Assembly: GCA_951406725.2 (NCBI GenBank)
Contig: OX597837.1
Coordinates: 47,678,001 to 47,742,000 of the forward strand
Origin: Octopus vulgaris
Lineage: Eukaryota
Reading direction: 5' to 3'
Length of the DNA stretch: 64,000 nucleotides
Part shown: piece by piece, positions 12,139-25,400 of the stretch
Position numbering within the stretch: the first letter of the stretch is position 1
How the letters are laid out: each line of letters starts with the position of its first letter
Notes under the pieces: model-generated
Databases searched by the model: none
What the model saw: only the letters and a program-made list of their open reading frames with translations
Told to the model about the DNA's origin: nothing
Program-made: the position numbers and the translations under genes

Positions 12139-13570
12139 GTAAGTACGACTCTTCTTCCTCTTTTTGGGCTCTTTTGGGTCTTTTTTGCTGTATTTTGTAT
12201 CGAATTTAAAGCAAGAACTTTCTCATTTATGGCACATGTCAGTCACTGTCGCCTCTCATACAAACGTAGATGCGGGGGAGGTCGTTTAAGTCCCCATTTG
12301 TCCCCATCTCACACCTCCAACACCAAATCTCTACAACAATGACCATTCCGTCTTTAAATCACTCATAATTATCAATTTATATATATATATCGATGTCCTC
12401 TCTCACCATTTCTCCCTCTTGGTCTTTTAATGTATTTGCTGTGGAATTGTTTTCAATTTAAATTAAAAACAACATTCCACCCGCTCCACTCGCTGGTGGT
12501 TGTCACTTCTTATAGACAGAGACACGGATGCAGGGGTTGTTGTCCCCAGCTCTGCCCTTGTCTGAGCACACCTCTAACGCCAACTATACGATCATTCCAT
12601 CCTTCACACCTGATATATCTTGTTAATCAAGTATATTTTCCTATCCCTCCATCTCTCTCTTTCCCTCTCTCTCTCTCCATCTTTTAATTTACTTGCTACA
12701 TGTTTACTTCTAAATTAAAAATAAAAGCACAAACCCTCCCTAACTCCTCATCCCACATGTTGATCCTCGCACGGAGTTATTGGCAGGTTGTTTATTTAGG
12801 GGTCCGTTGTTTGTCCCCCAAGGCTGTGTCTGTCTCGTCTTTAATTCACGCATAATTATGTCTCGTAACCACCCGTTATTAGTATCATTCATATCTGGAA
12901 CACAGGACAAATTCTACCCCAGAAATTTGACGGACCTTTTATTATTATATTTTTTTTTTATTAACCCCCGGAACGATGAAAGCTGAATCTGATGTGGGCA
13001 GGTTCGAGTCCTTCTCAAGACCGTAACTTTATACCTCAAGGCATCTACGCTGTTGTTATTTAGAATGTCAGACTTGATCAAACGGAACCATTCCGTCGGT
13101 CGAGGTACTTTGCGCAATTTGTTCCGACTCTTTATGCTCTGAGTTCAATTCCATTTGAACTCAACTTTACCATTTATTTTCCCGAGTCCGATGAAATACC
13201 AATGAAATACGAGAGATCGCGCTACATTATCCGTTATAAATCTTCCTTGTTGTTGTTTAGCCCCCACCAGTCATCATCAGACTTATAATCCAGGCCGTTA
13301 CACTCGTGACCATCCTGTCTTTTATTCAATCAAAGTAAATCTAATTACACATTACCGAGTGCGCTCTTGATTCCATTTTCTTGAAACGAAAAGAAAATTT
13401 GGCTGCTACTTCAGTTTGGCAGGTCATGCGACCTCATAGAGGTTCCTTTCTTGAAAACAAAATTAGTCGACACGGATATATATTGAAAGCTTGATAATAT
13501 TTTCCTAATATATTAGTAGTCAAGAGGGAGTGGTTAAAATAAATAGGTGATTGGGTAAATAAATAATCTA

Positions 13571-13633
<63 letters not shown>

Positions 13634-14485
13634 GGCAGGCCAGTGTGTGTATAAATTAGTCAACATAGAAACAATTATATAATCCCGTGGGATGGGGTTC
13701 CATCCTTCTCATTGCATTTTTGTGAATTTCATCTCAAAGCCAAGTCTTTTCTCATAATATTTCTGCTGTTGTGGAATACTTGAATTTTTTCCCCGCCCCT
13801 CTCAGTTGGGATTTCTTTAATCATTCCAATATCCTTCTCTCGGTGCACATCACAAGATCATTGAACCCAATCTTTCCTTGGTTGCCCTTCCTCTCCTAGA
13901 TTTTTCCAAATATTATTTTATTTACAACTTCACTCTTTCTTCGGATTGCACCGAACAATTACATTTATCTTCGTCTTGCTGTTTCCATTAAATTCCTCCA
14001 AGACTGGCAGATTGGTCTGGGAATTCCTCCATCTAATGCCAATAACAATCTATTTTTATTAATAATAATAACAAGGTCTAGAATTTGCGGGAGGAGACCA
14101 GTCGAATACTAACCAATAATAATAATAATGATCTTTTCTACTAAAAACACAAGGCCTGAAACTTTGGAGGGGGGACTAGTCGATTATATCGACCCCAGTG
14201 TTTCACTGGTACATAATTTATCGATCTCGAAAGGGTGAAAGGCAAAGTCGACTTTGGCAGGATTTTAATTTGGCGTGTAGCAGCAGACGAAATACCTATT
14301 TCTGTACTACCCACAAGGGACTAAACACAGAGAGGATAAACAAGGACAGACAAACGGATTAAGTCGATTATATCGATCTATCGACCCCGAAAGGATGAAA
14401 GGCAAAGTCGACCTCGGCGGAATTTGAACTCACAACGTAGCGGCAGACGAAATACCGCTAAGCTAACGATTGTGCCAGTTCGCTG

Positions 14486-14539
<54 letters not shown>

Positions 14540-15445
14540 GTGGATTTTACTTTTAACATTTTCAGAGGAAAATTAAAGTTTGTGCTTTGGGTCGGATTAA
14601 AAGTTTTTATTGTGTTTGTTGTGTGTGTGCGTATGCGACTCCTGTTCAACTTCATGGCAGGCCGACCTTTATTCACCTCCAGGGTCGATAAAACACCCAC
14701 CAATCATTACACTGAAGTAGATTTAATTGATTTCTACAATTCTCTCGTTCCTGTCCCATAGACTGGACAATATGCGCTCAGTTTATTTCTGTCCCAGAGT
14801 TCCAATCTTACAAAGGTCAACTTTGACATCCAGTGTTCTCTGTTTAAAAGGTATCAGTAAAATACGGTGATCGAATTCAACGATTGTTTCCTGCCCAAAC
14901 ATTTTCGATTGCGAGACTTGCTAGAAATGGCAGCCAAAATTTCCTTAAATCACACCTCATCTCTCTTCAATGCTCTAGATTGTGGTTTTGTTGTTTCACC
15001 TAACCACTAAGTTTTGGGGAAAAGCGTGCACGCCATTAATTGCTTAGTATTTCGTCCTTCATAAATCCACTTTGACATCAACACCCATTTAACACGTTAC
15101 AGAAGCAGCTACTAATACAATTTATTAACTAATATTGACCACTTCTTTACGACCATCGTCATTAGCCTTCGGTCTCTCTGGAGAATAAAAGGCAAAGTCG
15201 GTAGAGTGTCGGACTAAAGTACCTTGCGAGATTTGGCGAAGGTAAAGAATACGCACACCCGGTGTTAAGGTTTTGGGTTACGCTGAAAACGAGTTGGGTC
15301 CGTATTCTTTATAACCGCCGCGATATTTTGTTCTGAGTTCAAATGCCACTGATGGCAACTTTGCCTTTCGTCCTTCAGAGCTCGATGAAATAAAAGCAAA
15401 AAAAAAAAAAAGAAGACTGGGGTCGATTTATTTGTTTGTTCCTTT

Positions 15446-15485
<40 letters not shown>

Positions 15486-16143
15486 GACGGGCTTCTTTCA
15501 GTTTCCGTCCACCAAATCCACTCAAGGCTTTGGTTGGCCCCGAGGCTATAGTAGCTATGTGGTTGGTAAGCAAGGTACTTTGCACACAGTCACTATAGTT
15601 ACTTTGGTGACTTAACTTACCAACTGTAACAGATTCACCTCCCAAAGGTGAAAAGTTACATCTGTCTTCAGCTTTAGAGTCTGATGAGACGTCCATTGAG
15701 CTAAGCCCTTTGGGGATGCGAAACCATTGGACACTCTATGACCGGACATAGACTTAACTACTTTATCAATCCGACCGTGGCCGTTGCCAGCCTCGCCTGG
15801 CACCTGTGCAGGTGGCACGTAAAAAGCACCCACTACACTCACGGAGTGGTTGGCGTTAGGAAGGGCATCCAGCTGTAGAAACATTGCCAGATAAGACTGG
15901 AGCCTGGTGCAGCCTTCTGGCTTCCCAGATCCCCCGGTCGAACCGTCCAACCCATGCTAGCATGGAGAACGGACGTTAAACGATGATGATGATGATGATG
16001 ATATATATATATATATATATATCCAGCCGTAGAAACACTGCCAGATTTGACTGGGCCTGATGAAGCCTTCTGGCTTCACAGACCCCAGTAGAACCGTCCA
16101 ACCCATGCTGGCATGGAAAACGGACGCTAAATGATGATGATGA

Positions 16144-16180
<37 letters not shown>

Positions 16181-19100
16181 GAAATGAAGAAAATGCTGAC
16201 AAAATAATTTAAGTAAGGGAGAGTGTATTTAATTAGGTGAAAGTTCTTTTTACGGGTTGCGCATTTGTTATGCTTATCAAAAGATATTTTTTTAAGAGAG
16301 ATAGAGTTCCTTTCTGATAGATTTTTTTCTCTTATCTGACTTTATGTTGGGTTTGCTGTCTCTTAAATGTGAAAAAAGAGGCTCCAGAGTTGTTTAAGAT
16401 TTGCTTGGTTTCGCGCCTAAAATTTCTTGTGGACAATGGTCAATACAATTTTGATTGGTCATTATAAAGGGGTCACGTGAATGTTTGAATGGAAGTTGGT
16501 GTTGGGGTAAGAAAATAGGCTCCAGAGATGTTAAAATTTGGCTAGTGTCGCGCCTAAAATTCCTTATTGGTCATAATAAGGAGGTCACGTGGATGTGGTC
16601 ATAACAGAGAGGTCACATGGATGTGGTCATAATAGAGAGGTCACGTGGATGTGGTCATAATAGAGAGGTCACGTGAATGTCACACACACGCACGCGCGCG
16701 CACATACATATATATAGCTCTTCCTGTCCTAAATGAACTTACTTATCCAGCTCAAATTCAGTCAAGTGGAAAATACACTCCTTAACTACGCTCTAAAAAA
16801 CTATTTAAAATATCCACATGACATCTACTAACCAGCCTGAACAATAAGAATTTCAACAATGCTATTTTCGAAAACTCCATACACCACCCACATCAACATT
16901 CACATGACCACATCCACGTGACCTCTCTATTATGACCACATCCACATGACCTCTCTGTTATGACCACATCCACGTGACCTCTTTATTATGACCAATGAGG
17001 AATTTTAGGTGCGACACTAGCCAAATTTTAACATCTCTGGAGCCTATTTTCTTACCCCAACACCAACTTCCATTCAAACATTCACGTGACCCCTTTATAA
17101 TGACCAATCAAAATTGTATTGACCATTGTCCACATGAAATTTAAGGCGCAAAACCAGGCAAATCTTAAACAACTCTGGAGCCTCTTTTTTCACATTTAAG
17201 AGACAGCAAACCCAACATAAAGTCAGATAAGAGAAAAAAATCTATCAGAAAGGAACTCTATCTCTCTTAAAAAAATATCCTTTGATAAGCATAACAAATG
17301 CGCAACCGGTAAAAAGAACTTTCACCTAATTAAATACACTCTCCCTTACTTAAATTATTTTGTCAGCATTTTCTTCATTTCCTTTTTTTATATATCACAA
17401 CTCGTGTTCCACATCTCCTTTTTTAAATATATATATATATATGTATGTATATATATATATATATATAGAGAGAAAGAGAGAGAAAGGAGGGAAAGAAAAA
17501 GGTGTCGGTCTTTAGAACTGGGCTACAGCAAAGTGCAACAGCAACACTTCAATGGGGATGCCTCTATGTGGATTGCTCAACCTGCTAGTAACAGAAGCCA
17601 AATCTTTCTCAAATCATATACTAACATCTGTAAGAAGACAAAGGATAATGACATTCTAAATATATTATGTTGGAAAATAAAACAGGGTGGTCATCGATGG
17701 AATGCCTGTGACATGTTTATCTGGGGAAGGAGTATTAAACAACAGCAACAATACCATTACAATTACACCTATATGTGTGTGTTTGGCCCCACCACTACCA
17801 CCTGACAACTGATGCTGGTATGTTTACGCCCCCGTAACTTAGCGATTTGGCAAAAGTGACCAATAGAATAAGTCTTAGGCCTACAAAGAATAAGTCCAGG
17901 GGTCGATTTGCTCGCCTAAAGGCAGTGCTCCAGCATGGCTGTAGTGAAATGACTGGAACAAATAAAAGAATATATATAATAAGGGAGCTTGTTAGCAATT
18001 TTCCAGCCAAAAGGCAAAAATATATACACCACCAAGGGCACCGGTATTGCTAGAAATAAGAGTCAAAACAACTCAGCCATGATAATGCACCATCTTATTT
18101 ACTGCGACAAAGAGAAGTAAGCTCCCTCAGTACACATATATAAACTAATCTCCATCCAATAAGGATAGCAGCCAGTTCAAATCTAGATAAATTCTGAAGG
18201 TTGAGCTAAGGGTCACAGAAATCACTGGCTACAGAAGACATCCAAGAAGGCATTTTGTAGGCCAGAGGCAAACCTGGGCAGCAAAGACAGACCAATGTAT
18301 TTACAGAATGCAGTGTTGGGAGATGGTGGGGGGGGGGGTCATTCAGTTGCAGCCTTAGTTGGGATGGAACCGAGATGTAACTCTTTCTGAAATGATGAAC
18401 CAATGACAGTCTCTATGCAATTGCTCAACATGTTAGAAATAACAACCAAGTCTCCCTCAAATCTAACCTGTATTGGATAATGTAAATTGTTTGAAATGCT
18501 TGTGACCATCTCATGGTTGACCTGGGGTTAAACAACAACTCCTGCTGGTTCAGCTGCTCCATTGATACTTTCTCCCACACACCCACACTGCTCCTCCCCA
18601 CCCCCCCCACCCTCGACACAACTTGGTTCCCATCTTCTCATTGTTCTTCCAATTCTTGTCTTCCATTAAAGAATCTACCAATATTTGATTAGCTCTGTCT
18701 GTCTGTCTGTTGGTAGCTGGAATTTGAAATGATACTTGCCTGCCATTCCATTAGCCAACAACAGTCCTCAGCGTTTTTATTCTCCCTCCTCCCCCTCCCC
18801 TACCACCACCATTATGACATTGTCTTCAGTGTTTTATAAACTACCTCTGCTTGATGTTCTATAAGAGACAGACAGACAGACAGAGACCACCATGCCATCT
18901 ACTGTGCAGCTCAGTGTTGTTTCTGCGGTTTTAACCTTGATTGTCAGCTGAGTAGGCATTGTGTATCTTGGACTACATTATCGAATGTATCCATGATCTT
19001 TGTTTTTCAAGATGGTAGGTTGTGATTTGAAGGAGGTTTGTTGACTTTTTCTAGCAGAATGAGCAATCTCTGTAGAGGCTCATTCATTGTTGTTATCCTC

Positions 19101-19421
19101 AAACCAGACTTGATTAAGCAAAGGCAATCCAGCCATGACCATTCTGTTTTGTGTGCATGGATTTTATGACTGCATTATCCAGGCAGTGGAGTATATTTCA
19201 AAGAAGATTTGGTTGCTATTTCTAGCATGTTGTTCAAGTGATTGTGAGAATATGCCCTTTGCTGGTTTAAAGATTCCCTCATCTGTGGCGGAGGCTGGGG
19301 GAGTGCAATGGATGCATCCAGTTCTGTTGTCTTTTACAATGGGAAGGGAAAAATGATGACAGTGTGAGAGAGACGGTTTGTGGGTCATGACAAAGCATTT
19401 TGATTGTGACACGGATCATGG

Positions 19422-19498
<77 letters not shown>

Positions 19499-20530
19499 TA
19501 CACACACACATGTGTGTGTGTTTATGGTATCTATAGTAGCGTACAGATTAATAAAAGAAAGTCAGAGAAATACTTTACTCGTATCAGTTATTTCTACTGG
19601 AAGTTTTCAGAAATTGTGAAATCCTGAGTTTTTGTGTCTCCCATCATTTGAAGACTTCCACAATTATCAGAAGATGCTTTAATGAAGCAAGTTGGGTCAA
19701 GATGTAAAAGAGAGTGGTGCAATCAAGATGAAATTGGAATCACATTGTGACCAGTGATGTTTAACAGCATCTGATGGTCTGGTCGATACTGTGAGATATG
19801 CATATATAGCTTGGATTGATGTGATCCTAGCTCCAGTAGGAACCTCAGAATCAGGAATGAATGAGGACCAGCTAAATACTGAGTATAAGGCAGACCGATA
19901 TTTCTGGTGGAGTCTTTCCAACATTTTTACGTAACATATGTATGGTGTCCAAATTTCAGAATGCAACAACAGTGCAGAAAGAGCAAATGAGACATACACC
20001 ATGGCCTTAGGGTCAGCTTTAGTATGCCACCGTGGCCAGACTTCAGATTTTAAGCTGCCAAAAGCTCTTGCTGCCCTTTGCATACAAGAAGTGATTTCCG
20101 TGTCTCAGGGTTCCCATCAACGTGTATGTACCATGCTACCCAGATATTCAAACCAAGTCATCACTAGAAGCGCTGTACCTTTAACCCATATCTGAGGTGC
20201 ATTGAATTGGTCTCTGGGGGCAGATTGATGCATTACAACAGTTTTAAGCTGAAATTAAAAGGAAAGTTTCTAAAAATAAGATGAATGTCCGTAGCATTAC
20301 AAGTGTGTCTCATTCTCTTTTTTGAAATGTTCCTTACGTACAAAAGTAGGCCTATCATACGCTTGTATGAGATTACACTAGCAAACCCATATGGGTGAGG
20401 CCCTCACAAATTATTGGATTTTCATTCTCAATGTCCAGTTTTAGTGCCATGTTGGTCATAAAAAAATTCAAGTCTTGTGGAGGATTGAAGTCCACCTCTT
20501 CACTGACCTTCAGTGCTGCATATGTATATT

Positions 20531-20597
<67 letters not shown>

Positions 20598-22359
20598 ATG
20601 TGTGTGTGTGTGTATATGTATGTATACACACACACACACACACACATGTGTATATGGTCAGCAGGAAAACTTCTGGAAAGTAGTTTCTCTACTTCTTTTA
20701 TTAACAACACATCTTCAATTGTTATAATTATTTTGTTTGTTTACCAAGTTTTGAATTTAAAATTGAACAATTATATTTATTCCCTTTTTTTTTTTTAAAT
20801 GTACCTAAATTTTGATTTTCTTTATTCCTTAGGTTTATATTATTGTCTTGCTGGTCAAGGTGAACGCTTTTCAATAGCATGGTAAGTAGTACCTGTGTAT
20901 GGAGGAGGGTTTGTCCCTCTCTATTAAAACTGTTTCACTGTTTTTTTCTCTCAATCCTGTATAATGATTACATATGAATATTGCACTTGTAAGTATTATG
21001 TGATGATGATGTTGCTATTCACAGACATTAAAAAAAGGTCATTTAACACTTTTATAGCCATATGTCTGATAAAATATTCTCTGATGTTTTTATTGGTGAG
21101 TGAGGAAGAAAGGTTGTGGCCCTTAGCTCTACTCAGGGCCTCTGAGACTGGTGAGAGTGGATGAAAGAAAATATCTTCAACCAGAGACCTGGTCTGAATA
21201 TTACTAACAGAGTGGATGTCTCCCCTGTTTGAGGTAACAACCAGCCATGGGCTCAGAGATACTGGCAAAACTTGAACTCAGACCCCAAGGAATCAATTCA
21301 CACATTGCATGGCATTCCATCCAATGACACTGCCAATCCTACGTGTTCTGAGTGTTCTGAGTATTTCAATTAATTTTGAAGATAATCAAGAATTTGGAAT
21401 GATTCAGTGAAATAATTCTCCTTTGTAGTGTTTAGGACATAATTTAGGAAAATAAAATTTTCATAGAATCATAATGGAAGGTGTTATTTTTAAATATCAC
21501 CTCTTAAATATGGGAAGCATTTTCTAAGAAGCAGGGATGGCTTTAAGTGGGGGTGGGGTATCTCAAGACTTGACTGATCAACAAATACCAACTTTCAACT
21601 CATTCTAAAATGACCTACACAACTTTGGACTGGCCAGCTACATAACCTCTCACCATATCTCATCTCACAGATCCTAACATCAATCACTTTTATTACCTGC
21701 TTCTTCCTCTCCTAAAACACGGAACCCCTGAAATTCTCTTCTCAAACACCCACATATTCCCTCCCACGATTAACTTCCAATGGTCAAACTAAACACGGAT
21801 CACAGAAATTTGACCAGACAAGTGATGGGTTTTGATGCTCTCTTCTCTGACTAACAAATGAGAAAAATTATCTTCAAATACATCATGATGGTGATCAGTG
21901 GTGGTCACCAATGTTGAGGGGATTTAAATGTTAAAGATTTTTGGACGGGCAGACCCAATAATGCTTAAAGCAGATTCCATGGGTCAGATGTGCACAACAC
22001 AGAAGTCACAAATATCACCAAATGGCTTTGGTGACATTTCTGAATTTAAGGGAAAGTTAAGTATTGTGTGCATATTGACTCCAAGTTTGTCAGGATTGTG
22101 TTGAGGGCAGTGGGTAACTATGATATGTTTAGTAATGCATTTTATTTGTTTTTATGATAGTTTGAGTTAAATTTGCATATGGACATTTTTATTACTTGAT
22201 TTTGGTTGGATTTCAAGACCTACCAAGATTTTGGGTGGATTTATACAATCCTGGGAAATCGTAAATCAATATCTGATTCTTGTATACACATATATACCCC
22301 AGTATGACCACAATCTAATGACTGAAACCAGTAAAAGATAAAAGTGTGTGTGTGCATAC

Positions 22360-22412
<53 letters not shown>

Positions 22413-25400
22413 TGAATCATTGTGCTTTGTAAAAATATTTCTTCAAACCCAACTTGATATTTTGTATGAAACAAGAATATCTTCAAGAAAATAATCTTTG
22501 TGTTTCTATTTCTAGGCTTTTGTCAGATTCTTCCCCTTTTATGTGGTGTATGGTTGGAATTGGTCTGGCAATATCTCTGTCTGTTGTTGGAGCTGCTTGG
22601 TAAGTGAAACCTCATCCTCCTCCTCCCTCTTGCCTCTCCTCCCTTTTAACTTTATTTTTTGGGATTTTTTTTTTTTTTGTTATTTCCATTTTTTAAGCCC
22701 CCTTTTCTTTTAATTTTAGTATTTTGATCAAGTTACATAATTCTAATAATAATTAATTGATTACATTGATCCCCAGTACATGACTGGTACTTATTTATTG
22801 GACCTCAAAAGGATGAGCGACATTTGAAGTATGGAATTTGAAATCAGAGTGTAAAGAGGTGGGAGGCATCAACTTTGGTTTATGGTCACACATTTTCCAC
22901 GGGGTGGGCTGGGCTGGGAAGTCTTCAGATAGAAGCAGTTATTAGGTTACTACAATTGGAATTGGAAATGTATTGATGTACGGACACTATCACTAAGTAA
23001 AAGTGAATTGTAATATAGTGGATTAAAATTACCAATTTTACAAATCTTAATTTGATTGTTCACTGAACTGAAAGTAATCAAATCAGATTTAAGGTCTTCA
23101 ATGGAGAAAGATTTAGTAGAAATAATTCTGGTTTCTAAAGACAAAATGTCCCTAAATTTTACATTCAACTTTGTTCTGTAGCCTCAATGTTTCTTAAAGA
23201 AATTTTGTTGAGATAAACATTTCAATCTTTTACAATTTATTTATTTAATGTGACCCTCCAAGTTAAACACATTTCAATTTTATATTCAGTATTTTAATCT
23301 TGGAAATTTAAGTAAGTTTATTTCTATTAAAATTAGAGACCAACTGCTTTGATCTTCTAGAAGTCCGTTTGACCTAGTTTTAAAGATCTTTCAAATGGAA
23401 ATCAAAAATGTTCCTGATTTTCTTCTACAGGATTTTTATATTTTATTTCTTTCAAATCTTTTTTAATTTTAGTCCTTTGATACAAAAAACAAAAAATCTA
23501 CATTTTTTATACTTATTTGTAGCTTTTTTACTAAATAATATAAGAATCCCTCAAGGACATAGCTTTAGCCTTGAGACCCAAACTTTGGCAGGGTGGGGAT
23601 TGCCAAAAAAGGAACCTGATGGTTTACATCAGCCAGGGGCAGTGTGGGTTTAAATCTAATTGTGAACAGAGGAATCATAGTTGGAGATTTTGTGTGCCCA
23701 CTCCACAGCCTTGGTCCATATTGTATATTGTATGGGCCCCAGTATGTCACTGGTACTTTATTTCCTCCACCCTTGAAAGGGAGACAATCAGAATTGATCA
23801 TGGCAGGTTTGAAAACTCAGTGCATGATGTGATTAAATAGATGTTGCCTATTATTTATGTCTGGTGATTTACCAATTCTAGCAGAGGAAACAGTTGATTA
23901 AATCACCCCCACCCACCCCAGTACTGTATCTGATCACCTGATTACAATGTAATCTAAAGGCACACGTGGCTCAGTGGTTAGGGTATTCACCTCCCAACCT
24001 GACAACCAGGAGTTCGATTCCCATCAGTGCATTATGCCCTTGAGCAAGACAATTTACTTCACATTGCTGCAGCCCCTTCAGCTGGCAAAAAAGGAGTAGC
24101 ATCTGTAGTTGAAAGGAACCAGCCTGGTCACATTCTGTGTCACACTGAATCTCCCTACGAACTACTGTAAGGGTACATGTGACTGTGGTGTACTCAGCCA
24201 CTTGCACGTTAATTTCACGAGCAGACTGTTCCATTGATGGGATCAACTGGAACCCTCATTGTTGTAACAGACAGAGTGCCACTTGACAAAGTAATGTGGA
24301 CCCCTTTCGTGATCCTCTCCCAACAATTCACTGCCAGTTGGTTTCAATTCCAAAATCAGAATTTGAAAGACATTTCTCTTTCTAAAAAAATTCTATTTAT
24401 TGAATTAGATTTTTATTTGAAAACCATCAAAAACTATTTCTTTACCTTCAGAAATCATGTAATGTTGAGATTTCAATTTAACTATGTAAGCTTTAGTGGA
24501 GTGGTCATGGATGGATTAATAATATGGAACCAAAAGAGGTTGATCACAGGTTAATAAGGTAAGACTAGATGTTGGGAAGGGGTCTACAGGGTTTGTAATG
24601 CAAAACTACAATAGGGTCCTGTTTTACCACCTGGGTAAAATGGGACTGCAATAATAGGGGTGGAGGTTCTTGTAGAGGGGTTTGGTAGGGTAGGTCTAAC
24701 TATGGCGTTGGATTGGCTGGTGCTATGCGTTTCTCTTAAGTTTGTGGGTTAGGGTTAGTAACGAGTCCAGATATTGTTTCGAGTTTGTTGGTTAAAAACA
24801 GGTTGGTCTCTGCTAAAGGCCCCTACCTAGTTCTTGGCTGCCCTTAGCACAGCCTGTTCTGGCTCTAACACTCAGACCGGGAGTAACCCCAGTGGATTAA
24901 TTTCCCTCTCAGTCACATCTTTCCCTTCCCTAAACCCGACCAGCCATGGAAGCTATACAATCAAAATATTATGGACTCTTCTAACCTACCCAGACTGAAA
25001 AAATGGTTGTTCCTGGTTGATACAATGATACACCAAAACAATCGCACACAAAATGGTTTAATAAAATGTTGGGAAAATTATTCAATTATCATAAAAATTT
25101 CTGTCAAAGAATTTTAAATATAAATTTGTTTTTTTATTTTTACCTTGTGACATGAAAACTTTGTCTCATCCAGTTTCTTCCTTAATTTTCTATTTCTAGG
25201 GGAATATACACAACAGGTTCGAGTATTCTCGGTGCCGGTGTCAAAGCTCCAAGAATCCGTACCAAAAACCTCATCAGCATCATCTTCTGTGAAGCTGTGG
25301 CTATTTATGGCATCATCATGGCAATTGTGATTGGGAACCAAGCCAATGTAAGATTCTAACTCAAACAATTTCTTGTTGCAGTTTTTCTCTTTAATTTAAT

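Noticed and set aside
16051-16088. CTGATGA followed by a hairpin (also at ~54046-54083) resembling a hammerhead
   Set aside because: There is no GAAA core, and paralogous copies read CTGGTGCAGCC, so this is the RTE-type 3' stem-loop
16570-16680. CRISPR-like regularly spaced repeats (also the 150-bp units at 7905-8380 and the 37-bp units at 63912)
   Set aside because: They are head-to-tail tandem repeats without unique spacers, in a eukaryotic context with no cas genes
20373-20798. Overlapping YI/CV/HT-rich ORFs (and many similar ones elsewhere)
   Set aside because: Dinucleotide microsatellite translations
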